64,000 nt of DNA from positions 3,348,001-3,412,000 of the forward strand of contig NC_135669.1 of assembly GCF_964188315.1 (NCBI RefSeq), read 5' to 3'. A program made the translations under genes and the position numbers. The notes under the pieces are model-generated. The model was not told where the DNA came from. It saw only the letters and a program-made list of their open reading frames with translations, and did no database searches. Every line of letters starts with the position of its first letter. The first letter of the stretch is position 1. Shown here in pieces: positions 13,701 to 25,700 of this stretch. Origin of the DNA: Podarcis muralis. Lineage: Eukaryota.

Positions 13701-16700
13701 AAGGGCTGGGGAGACACGTAGCAGTTAAGAGTGAGGCTTCCAAGTTCCTTGGAACTGAGGTGTGAGGAAAGGGGTGGGGGCAGAGTGAGCCTGACTGGAG
13801 TTCCAGTTGAGCCAAAGCCCTACAGGGAGAGGGTGCTGGGAAGGAGATTATAGAATTGTAGAATTGGAAGGGACCTTCATGGTCATCTAGTCTAACCCCC
13901 TGCAATGCAGGAATCTCAACTAAAGCATCCACCTTCTGCTTAACAATCTCTAATGAAGAAGAGTCCACCACCTTCCGAGGGTGTCTGTCCCACTGTCAAA
14001 TAGCTCTTACCTACATGATTACTGCAACCATCTGAAGATGTGCCCATCTCACTGGAGAAGATTTAAATGTTGACATGTATAGGAGGGAAATCATTTGGAT
14101 CTGGAAATCAAGTTAATCATAGAATATTACCTGTTTCTAAATACTGTGGTGGTAAATATGCTGTCTGCATATCTCTGCCGGGCAGCATTTCCACCAAAGC
14201 CGAGGAAAGTTGCCACATAAACTCGGTACACATGTTCAGTTTGGTGAGCATCGCAACCTAGATTGAACTCTGCAAGTAGGTTCTTGGCCACCTCCTCCTG
14301 CAGATCCCAAAACACGAGATTAAAGAGGCATGAACAGCTCTGCTTTGTGTTGTGTAACACTTAAATCTGAATACAGGGAAGTTGTTTCAAATCTGCAGCT
14401 CTCTAAACATTTTCACAAGAACTTTCTCTAGAGGAACTCTTTGTACTCAATACCCAAGTGTCAAAGCGGGGGGACCTCCAGATGTAGTTGGACTACAACT
14501 CCCATCATGTCTGGCAATCAGACATGCTGGTTGGGGCTGATAGGAGTTGCAGTTGATTAACATTTGGAGAGAACCACATTGGGTACCCCTTGCTAAAGAA
14601 AGCAGCACCAACACCCAAAACTCTGCTAGTTGACCAAATCTGCGCAATTTACGATCCAAACTGATTGCAACCACCCATGGGGGAACTGAACATGTTCTTA
14701 TATTCACCCATTAACTCTTGCCTCTTCTTTTCCTTCCCTCCCTTTGACATCTTGACCACATATAAAGTATAAATTACTGAAGGCAAGGGACAGATATATT
14801 AACTTATGAATGCCCTGGAATTATTACTCCCTCCATGGGACAGAGAAACCTCCTTTCCTGAATTACTTTTGAAATTACTACAGAGACTATTTCTACAGAG
14901 GCGTTCTCTGTCTGTTGGTTAAAATGTTCACGTGAAATATGACCTGCCAGTTGGCTTAAGAGGACACATCGTTAAGAGGCTGAAAACAAATAAAGGATGA
15001 AGCGTGTTTAAGTAATTTATCAAATAAAGTTATCTACAGCTGGGAGGTTCTCCATTTCTGAGAGGTTTTCATTTTATTGTGATCTATTTTCAACCCTCCA
15101 TCTCACTGATTAATGTGTTGCTTGAAAAGTGGAGCTACATGGCTGCCTATGGGACTGAAATGTTAGGAATGCACTGCTTGACTCTTAAGATAACCAAGAA
15201 CCATGTGGATTTCTGAGACTGCACTGTGGATGCTGAATTTTAAACTATTTTAAACCACATACCAATAACAAACTTAGTTGGTCTCTAAGCTGCTACTGGA
15301 AGGAATTTTATTTTAAAATTTTATTTTAAACCATTAACGGTCAATGTCATGCAGCAATTATTCCATAAGCAACTGTTAGAAATTAAAGTGGGGATGAGTA
15401 AAATGGTTTTAAAACTTGTATTGTGTAAAGCTGAGGCTGGATAAGTTACAGAATACTTGGAGAAAATACTGATGGAGAACTGCCAGAAAAGGAGAATGGA
15501 ATGGTAAAATTGGAGACAATAGAGGATGAAATCCAGAGAACATCCACACAGATGCCTAAAGGAGTGAAATAGCCAAATGCTGGAGTTATGATGTTGGAGG
15601 AGGTGGTGGTGTGCATAGATGGAGAGACTAAGAAATATCCTGAACTGGAAGAGATAGAGTTGAGAAAGAAAGGACTGTGCGTATAATTTTGATTGAAACC
15701 GGAAGAAAAAGCTACTACGTCTCCTGCAACATTTTTGGAAAAAGAATGAAAGAGGAGAAAAATTCTATTTAAAAAAAAAAGGATTGACAACCAATAGCTA
15801 CAAAGAAATGGGATTGGAAGATATGAATTTGGGAATGGATTAATGACTATATATAAGAACTAAATATGGACTGTTGTGTTAATACATAACCATAGTGAAG
15901 AAATTCTGGAAGGAATAAGGAAGGAATAAGTTTCTTAAAATTGGAGGGAACGTTGTGATGTTGGACTGAAGGAGGACTATTGTTGACTCTTACAGATAAT
16001 AATAATCGAAGAACCTCCTTTGGACTTCTTGCAGTGAAAGAAATGAACAGGAGAGTCCCAGATGGAAAACTAGAAAAAAGCACCTAGCAGAGGAAGGAAC
16101 AGCTGGACACTACTCTAGATTGAACATTTGACTGTTTTGAAGAACTATTGTATATATAACTGACAGATGGATAGTTGGAAGTCCTTTTTATCTACTTTTT
16201 ATTTTTCATTTCCACTTTATTCTTTTCTTTTATATTCTTATTTGTTTTCTTTCCTTTTTCTTTCTGCTTTGCTTTGGTCTTTTGTATTATTTGTGGCTCT
16301 GTATTCAGGGTTAGAGGGGCTAACATGCTGATGAAGGTTACTGATAATTGACAAAAGAACCTGCATGAGGCAGGGAAGAGAATCTCCCAGGTGAGAGCTG
16401 GGATGGTTCACCTGTCTCTGTGTGTGACAAGTTAAGATTTATCTGTGAAAGAGGACTTTGTATTCTTTTTTATGTTTTTGTTTAGATTAGTTGGTTTTTA
16501 TTGCAATGTATTAGGAAAGGTCTGAATAAAACTTTATAAAAACAAACCAAAATAAATAACACCCACAATCCATACACCACCACATATTCCCACCAGAAGT
16601 GTCACAATTTAAATGGCACAATTCAAAATGGGGGTTAAACACCAGGAAAAGTTAACGGTTGTGTAGCATAATTCAAGGCCATTTGCATTAAACTGACTGA

Positions 16701-19700
16701 TGAAATGAATCATGTACAGGCAGACTGCTTAGCTGATGGGACATCAAGATGCAACCTCCTCTCGTCTTGTGGTGAAGATGTCACGTAGTGAAGCACAGAA
16801 CTCATAACACGCAAAAGAAAAAGAATCAATGGTATATGGATTAAAACACAGGAAAAAAACAAAAGGAAAAGAAGGAAAAGTTGTACAGATAATAACCTGC
16901 TGTGAAGAGGCAAAGCTTACAGTTTTAGGGACTTCGTATGCTATTTGAGTTGACACACCACCCATGTCAAGTATACCCACAGTCCTCTTTCGAAGAATGG
17001 CTTCCTTGTTTTCACTGCCAGGAATATGCACCTCCACTACAGCATCATCCTCTGAAAGACAAGACGTGAAGGATGTTGAGATGTGGGGGCAAACCCTTCT
17101 GAGGACCTGAATTTCAAACATTTGCACTGCCATAGCTTGGTACAACGTAGCAATGGCAATCCTGCAATGGCAGCCTAATGCCAAGAGTTTGCTAGGCTGC
17201 AGAGTTGACAAAAACATGCAATTCTTGGTATAACACTCTTGAGGAGGACTCTCGGTAAGCTCTCTGAGCATAGTGCCCCAATAATCCCACATCACAGCCA
17301 TAATGACAAGAGTCCTGGAAGGTAATAGGAAAGTTAGCTTGTGGTGGGAGAAAATATGTGCTATATATTTTAACAGTATTAGGAAAGAAGTTTGGAGTAA
17401 AACAAGAAATGTTGCAATGACATTCTAAAGTGGGCATATTTAGAATGCCTTGTATATTATTTTCAAAAATGGTAACACAGAGCTGGGAAAGATACAGAAA
17501 ATAGCAATGAAAATAATACAGTATGAGGTTGAAGCACTTATTCAAAGTCTCTTCCATACCTCTCAAAAGCTAATGTTTTTGGGACTTCCTGGTGCATGTG
17601 TGTGTGTACACGCACACACACACTGCCTTGTTAAAACTTCTGTAGCTGAAAATATTTAGGGTATTGTTTTATGCCTTCTGTTCTCTAATAGACACACATA
17701 TTTTTAGACTCTATATCTTTATTATGGATCAGAATCCACCAAGCACAGCTGCTGATCAACTTTCATTCACAGCTGCTGCAGGATATTGTCCACTAGCAAC
17801 AGCCATCAGACCATCAACACCATTTCTCCCTTTGGTAGGCTACATAGAGTGCTATTAAGACACTTGCCATCATCGGTATGCTCAAATCTTCCAAGGACAA
17901 AGTTGATTCCAATCCATGCATATACTCCTAGAAAATTTAAGAGAACAATTTTAAGTATTAAAAGCTATTGAGCTGCGCCTTTAAAAATAGTAAACTTAAT
18001 TAAAACAGTATTATAACAAGGGCCCAACGAGACTTGCCCTTGCCCAGTCGCTTTCACCCCGGGAAACCAGATCTTTACCACTGAATTGTGCAAATGCCAA
18101 TCAGATTTACTCTGGATTGATGTTTGCTGCAATTTATTGCTAAAGAGCGGGTTTTCTGGAGGAAAATGGCACGGCAGGGGTAAAACTGCATTCTAGGCAC
18201 TGGACAACTACAAGTCTGGATGAGCCCCAATAAACTTGAGTTGTATGGAAAACTACTTTCCTTTTAAAAAAATTAATCCAGACATGCTACTTCTCAGGTA
18301 CATGGTTTAAAAAAAGAAAAACAACAATTCCTCACTGGCCACAATGATGTGTGAAAAAAACAGAAAATTCCAGCCTCTCCAAGACCTTCTAAAAATCTAT
18401 GTACAGTCGTACCTTGGCTCTCGAACAGAATGCGTTCCAGGAGTCCATTCGACTCCCCAAACAGTTAAAAAATCAAGGCAAGGCTTCCGATTGGCTGCAG
18501 GAGCGGAAGCCACACCGGACACTCAGCTTCTGAAAATCATTTGAAAATGGGAACACTCACTTTCAGGTTTCGATCATTCGGGAGCTGATTTGTTCGGGAG
18601 CCAATGCGTTTGAGAGGTACGACTGTACTGTAGTATGAAAGTGCTCTGCCCAGCAATTCCAAATGTTGCCACCAGAGTGTGCTCTTGCAGCTTTATAGTA
18701 AAGGTAAAGGGACCCTTGACCATTAGGTCCAGTCGTGACTGACTCTGGGGTTGCGACACTCATCTCGCTGTACTGGCCGAGGGAGCTGGCGTACAGCTTC
18801 CGGGTCATGTGGCCAGCATGACTAAGCCGCTTCTGGCAAACCAGAGCAGCACACGGAACCACCGTTTACCTTCCCGCTGGAGTGGTACCTATTTATCTAC
18901 TTACACTTTGACGTGCTTTTGAACTGCTAGGTTGGCAGGAGCAGGGACCGAGCAACGGGAGCTCACCCCGTTGCGGGGGATTCGAACCGCCAACCTTCTG
19001 ATCAGCAAGTCCTAGGCTCTGTGGTCTAACCCACAGCGCCACCTGCGTCCCTCCAGCTTTATAGTACAAGCCTGCCAATGAACAGCTATCAATAACAAAA
19101 CACGATGGCTTAGCTAAAACAGGCGTGGGGACTCTGTGGCCCTCTAGATGTTGTTGGGACTCCAATTTCCATCATCCCCAGAAGGATGATAGGAGTTGTA
19201 GTGCAACATTTTCTCGAGGGCCACAAGGCACAGGAACCACGACGAGGGGAAAGAGGTGTATTGCTGGAAAAAACAAACAAGGGATAAAGAAAGGCTTACA
19301 AAAAAATAAAGATTCCAGTATCTGTGATGTGTGCAGTGAATTAAGAAGTCAGATAAGCAGACAAAGAAACACCTGATGACTTATTTATGTTTTTCATCAA
19401 GTTTTTATGCCAATTTTCTTCTTGCATCTTGTACTCTGTCTTGATTTTTTTTAAAAAAAATTAAAATATAGAATATAAATATATACCATATTTTTTGCTC
19501 TATAACACGCACCAGACCATAACACGCACGTAGTTTTTAGAGGAGGAAAACAAGAAAAAAAATATTCTAAACGAAATAGTGGATATATGATTTTGTGGTT
19601 CATGCTGTGGCCACAGACATGTGATCTGACAGTGAGTTTGGAGTAGCCCAATGCAAAAATCCTGAGGATCCATGTGGATCCATGCTTTGTAACCACGGAG

Positions 19701-22700
19701 GAGGGAAGGAAGGGGAACCATGGATCCTCTGCTCACGACTGCAGCAGATCCCCCCCGCCACCCGCAGGCATTCGCTCCATAACAAGCACAGACATTTCCC
19801 CTTACTTTCTAGGAGGAAAAAAGTGAGTGTTATGGTGCAAAAAATACGGTAAATTTAAAAATTAAGAGAAATCAAACTAAGGATGCTACAAGAAATACAG
19901 GTGAGTTGCAAAAAGTGTATTTCACACAATGTAATTGTATTTGAAAAGAATGGAGGGGTGTGGTGGTAAACAGTGTATGGTTATTCAAAGACATTTAAAA
20001 GTAAAAGGACCCCTGACAGTTAAGTCCAGTTGCAGACAACTCTGGGGTTGTGGTGCTCATCTCGCTTTACTGGCTGAGGGAGCTGGCGTTTGTCTGCAGA
20101 CCACAGACAGCTTCTGGGTCATGTGGCCAGCATGACTAAGACGCTTCTGGCGAGCCAGAGCAGCACACGGAAACGCTGTTTACCTTCCCGCCGGAGCGGT
20201 ACCTATTTATCTACTTGCACTTGACGTGCTTTCAAACTGCTAGGTGGACAGGAGCTGGGACCAAGCAACAGGAGCTCACCCCATCATGGGGATTCGAACA
20301 GCCGACCTTCTGATCAGCAAGTCCTAGGCTCTGTGGTTTAGACCACAGCGCCACCCACATCACATTTAGAATCTGCTTTATTCAGATCAACTGTTTACAT
20401 TCTACTGATGAATCTCCAATAAAGCCCTTTCTCAGCCTCTCTCCATACTGCACAAATCCAGCCGATTTTACTCTTATATCATGCAGGGAAGACTCCTCAT
20501 CCATTCATTCTCCTTCCCACCAAATATATTCTACCTAAAAAACCAACCATCAAACTAACACCCTCAAACTCCCTAACCCTGCTACATCCCTGGATATTTT
20601 TTTAAATTTATAGTAGAGAGGAAATGTAGCAATCTAAGGAGCCCCTGCCCCTTCAAGATTAACTTCCAATTTGCCTGTGTTTTTTGCTTCTTAAAATTGG
20701 AGTGACCTGGTATCGACACAATCTGGTTGTAGGCTAACTAGGTATATAGACATCCTGGAAAGGGACATATCTCTGCTCTCCTCTGTCTGTGTTGTGATCC
20801 ACAGCATCTCTTACAATTGTGTTTCTTGTAGCAGTTCTTTGTCACCCACTGAAGGGGACCTGCTCCCTGGACAGACATTCCATCAGTCTAGTGAATGTGG
20901 TTTCAAACTTGTCTTTTTCAAAAACAGTTCCTTACCTTCTTGCTTTCCTGAAATAACCTCAGCATGCGAGTCCGAAAACAGAAAATCAAAATGCACTGGG
21001 ATATCAGTTAGCAGGTCTTCTAGTATTGCCTTTTGCTGGCTGCAAGATTCCAAATATGTTTAAAATACAAATAGACCCCTAACATACTCAATTCTCTGTA
21101 TTAAACTGTAATAGAAAAAAGATATTCAGTCACCTCTCTGGTAAGATTCTCATCCCTGCTGTACAAAGGATATACAGAGGTGTTTCTTTATGTTTTGCAC
21201 GCGGTACATGTGCAGCAGCAAAGCTCAGAAGTGGGAAAATATAGTCACTGACTTTTTCAGGAGAGGTAGCAAATTCTGAAATGCCTAAAAAAAGCAATGG
21301 AGATACATATGAGTATATATGCATACAGCAGAAAGTGGGAGAGTCCAACATACAAAAAAACCCTTATTATTTCAAAGAGTTTCTGATTGTAAGAGTTGGA
21401 AGCTGAATAACCTGTTTGCTTTTTTGGTGAAATTTCTTGGTAACATTCAGTATCACAATCCAATTAAAGACAAAATACTGCCTGAGCAAAAGGATCTACT
21501 AGCCACTATAATTCATGTGGCCATAACTTTACTACAAAAGTGATTTCTTGGTTTTAAAAAAGCCTGTTTCTGGAAAGGTCAAGACTGTTGTTGAAAAAAC
21601 CCACGATATGTGAGCTGAGATTAGTAACATTATCTAGGCGAAAGGTAAAACACCTTGGCTCCCATGCTACAAAGGTTGTATTAGAATGGACCTTGGAATA
21701 TGTTTTATTAGAGCATAAAAGGCATATATAACCGGAGTCCATATAACGGCCATGCAACCAAATGAAGCAGAAAGGCCCCAAGACGTCAAATAATCATTCC
21801 ATCTATTTGAAGGGAGGCATACACAGTATGTTTGAATGCCAGGGAAAAGGCCATATTACAGGTACTTGAATGATGCATCTTTCAATTTATGTGTCAGGAA
21901 AAGTATATGGCTTGAAGTTTAATATGGCATCCTGAAGTTTGCACTTTGAATAGAACTGGTCCACGGATTCCAGATCCTTAAAAGCATTTCACTCATTCTG
22001 GAAAATAGGACATTTCATAGGTGGTTTTTTTAAGTGTTCTCCAATTTTTTTTTCCAAATTGGAAGTAAGTTTCACTAAACATCTTGTGCCTGAGTAAAAA
22101 TGCCTAAGGGTATTCCCTGTAAATTTCATAAATATGCCAAATAGCATAATTTCACATGCTATATTAGCATTTTAGGCTACAGCAGTATTTTTTTTAGTAA
22201 ATATTGCATATAAACACAGTTCATTGATGAAAAGAAAAGTATGACTTGATCATATTTATTCACATAAAAAATAAGGACACTGAACAGATGCCACAGATCA
22301 AGTCTGACAACAAATAAAATCTAAACATAACACGTCAACTTCTATTTATATACCACCTTTTTATATATACTCAAGGTAGCTTCCATGAAACAGTCACTGA
22401 CGTAACTACCAATAGGTCCTTCCTCAATGAGTTTTTCTAAAGTTATAACCGTCCAGTTTACTGCACAGACCAACCAGTGCTGAATTTCAAACCACAGGGA
22501 AACAACTCTTTGTTTTTATGTTACAATAGCAAGCAGAGCTGTCTGCAAGAATGAGGTGAAGGAGGTTAGAATGAAATCAAATCCCTTGGCTATACGGACT
22601 GACTTCCAAGTAAACATGGGCAAAATTGGCCTGGACATATCATCCCAAGTAAAACAGGGATAAAACACAATGAAACATTTAATAAAATGAAACCGCTACA

Positions 22701-25700
22701 TTTTTATAAATTACCATTCCTTTTAAGACCTGCTGCTAAGCTATGGCAAGGGAAAAAAGAAGTTATGGCCTTTTCTCCAATACCTGGTTTAATTTTCATA
22801 ACCACTGGTTTGCTGTTTTTGTCCCTCATTTGTTTGATGTCCAGCAAATCATGTGGGTTGCCATTGTGCCTCGGCCACCAATACACAAAGATCCTGGATC
22901 CACTGCTACCACAGTCCACCATAATACCATAGTTCAACTTGGGATTGTTGGTATCTGTAGCTTCTGTGTCGGTTACTCGAGCAAGATACCTGGAAGAGAG
23001 CATCAAAGTGTTGTTTAGCAGCAAATTTCACTGAAACCAGTGGGACTGAGCTTAAAGAGTCAACAAGCATAAGATCTCACTGCAAATTGCATTCAATTTA
23101 TAGGGACTTAGAAGCACATTTAAAAGCAAAAACAACTATCCGTTACTTGTGTTGTTCTCAGATGTGAACAAACACTTTTGGAATATATATTTTTGTCTTA
23201 CAGGATGTTCTTACCTGTGCAGCTTTTTGTCCCTGTAGCCATATTTTACAACAGAATAGTACAGCAAGAAAAAGGCAGCAGCGAGCAACCCAATGACAAT
23301 AATCTGCCGTAACGTGGTGTTCAATATTCGTGGACACCCTACTGGGGAAATGCTGAAGTGCCAAGAAGCAGGAAACAGACAAGAAACACTGATCCTGAAA
23401 TTTAGAAAACAAAAAGATAGCCTGTCTGAAAAGGTACCTTACTACAGTATAATCACTGACACACAAAGGATCCAATCACTGGATCCCAAATGTTCTAAGC
23501 CAGAAAATATTTTATAGTGAATTTAAGTAGATTGTAAACTCTTCAAATAAATGATTCTGCAGTTTCAGGAACTGAAGGAAGACTCCAAAAGTTACATTAC
23601 TAACTCTTAATTCCTAGATTTAAAATGCTTCCCTACACTTTGTATGTACAGTGGTGCCTCGCAAGACGAAATTAATTCGTTCCGCAAGTCTCTTCGTCTT
23701 GCGGTTTTTTCGTCTTGCGATGCACGGTTTCCCATAGGAATGCATTGAAAATCAATTAATGCGTTCCTAGGGAAACCGCCTTCAGACCAGGTCCGGGGAC
23801 AGTCTGTCCCCGGACCTCTTCTGAAGGCTGGGGGGGGGGACAAGGGCTTTTCTTCCCACCCCCAGCATTTTAAAAAACCCTGGGACAGCGGAGGACTTCT
23901 CCGCTGTCCGGGGCGATCTTAAAATGCTGGCGGGCGGCATTTTAAAATCGCCCCGGACAGCGGAGGACTGATCCCGCCCCCCCTCCCCGCTTCGGAACAG
24001 CGTTCCGAAGTGGGGCGGCTGGGGCAGGTGTCCCCGCCCCCCCTCCCCGCTTCGGAACAGCGTTCCGAAGTGGGGCGGCTGGGGCAGGTCTTCCCGCCCC
24101 CCCTCCCCGCTTCGGAACAGCGTTCCGAAGTGGGGCAGCTGGGGCAGGTGTCCTGGACGGGGAGATTTTAAAATGCTGGGGGTCGGCAGCGCTTCCCTCC
24201 CGACCCCCAGCATTTTAAAATCTCCTCGGGACAGAGACTTCTCTGCTGTCCCTTGGAGATTTTAAAATGCTGGGGTCGGCAGCGAACGCTTCGCTCCCGA
24301 CCCCCAGCATTTTAAAACCTCCCCTGGACACGGGGAGATTTTAAAATGCTGGGGGTCGGCAGCGCTTCCCTCCCGACCCCCAGCATTTTAAAATCTCCTC
24401 GGGACAGAGACTTCTCTGCTGTCCCTTGGAGATTTTAAAATGCTGGGGTCGGCAGCGAACGCTTCGCTCCCGACCCCCAGCATTTTAAAACCTCCCCTGG
24501 ACACGGGGAGATTTTAAAATGCTGGGGGTCGGCAGCGCTTCCCTCCCGACCCCCAGCATTTTAAAATCTCCTCGGGACAGAGACTTCTCTGCTGTCCCTT
24601 GGAGATTTTAAAATGCTGGGGTCGGCAGCGAACGCTTCGCTCCCGACCCCCAGCATTTTAAAACCTCCCCTGGACACGGGGAGATTTTAAAATGCTGGGG
24701 GTCGGCAGCGCTTCCCTCCCGACCCCCAGCATTTTAAAATCTCCTCGGGACAGAGACTTCTCTGCTGTCCCTTGGAGATTTTAAAATGCTGGGGTCGGCA
24801 GCAAACGCTTCGCTCCCGACCCCCAGCATTTTAAAACCTCCCCTGGACACGGGGAGATTTTAAAATGCTGGAGGTCGGCAGCGCTTCCCTCCCGACCCCC
24901 AGCATTTTAAAATCTCCTCGGGACAGAGACTTCTCTGCTGTCCCTTGGAGATTTTAAAATGCTGGGGGTCGGCAGCGAACGCTTCGCTCCCACCCGCCAG
25001 CATTTTAAGATCGCCCGGGGCAGGCGGGGGGAAGGCAGGCGGGGGGGGGGGAGCAAAGACTTTTGCCCCCCGCCGGCCTTCAGAAGAGGTCCTCTTCTGA
25101 AGGCCGGCTGTGGGCGAAAGTCTTTGCTCCCGACCGCCAGCATTTCCCTATGGGCTTTCGTCTTGCGATGCAAGCCCATAGGGAAATTCGTCTTGTGAAG
25201 CGCCTCCAAAACAGAAAACCCTTTCGTCTTGCGGGTTTTCCGTCTTGCGAGGCATTCGTCTTGCGGGGTACCACTGTATTTAGAAGATGTATACCTTGTC
25301 CTCCTATTGCAGTCATGATGCTCAAATACAGTAATTCTAAAACATCAATATCATCACTATTGACACTGAAGCAACAATCCAATATTAAGAACATAGATAT
25401 GCTTAAGTAGATGAGTGAATGCAAGCTAAATTTGCATAGCCCCCAATACTGCTATGAACACAAGTAGCTGCCTGGGGACAGAGGAGTGAAGCCACAAGGG
25501 TGGAGACTGCTGGGAGGAAGAAGAGATGATCAGGGGATATGGCTTAGTCACACAAAATTGTATATGTGGTCAGAAATTTCAGCTCCCACAGTGTAGCCTT
25601 CTAAGACACTGCTATATTCAAGAGTTTGTGTACTGTAGTTTCTGCTGTAAGTCAAGCAGAGCTTATTAGATGACCCTTCTTGTTGTTGTTTAGTCGTTTA

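Larger units (their letters stand above)
23649..25276. mobile_element. Non-autonomous Tc1/mariner-type element carrying internal minisatellites
   Basis: 22-bp TIR CAGTGGTGCCTCGCAAGACGAA / TTCGTCTTGCGGGGTACCACTG (2 mismatches), TA flanks, repeated TTCGTCTTGCG subterminal motifs. Confidence 0.88.

Noticed and set aside
15420-16550. Possible ORF1-only (HAL1-like) retroelement
   Set aside because: It is purine-rich and ends in AATAAA plus an A-rich tail, but manual translation gave stops and no convincing ORF1 motif; left unassigned.
16744-17301. 185-aa ORF as a stand-alone gene
   Set aside because: Only 16897-17051 matches ENTPD4 and is bounded by splice sites; the open flanks show no homology.
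2976-20135. Recurring short ORFs such as MTDSRVVRPSHS and MCAHLTQEAGG
   Set aside because: They are translations of Sauria SINE copies, not a gene family.
23973-25010. CRISPR-like appearance of palindromic repeats
   Set aside because: The units are contiguous and identical with no unique spacers, there are no cas genes, and the context is a vertebrate intron.
23782-25424. ORFs with repeated peptides (LPQPPHFGTLFRSGEGG)
   Set aside because: They are translations of the minisatellite inside the transposon.
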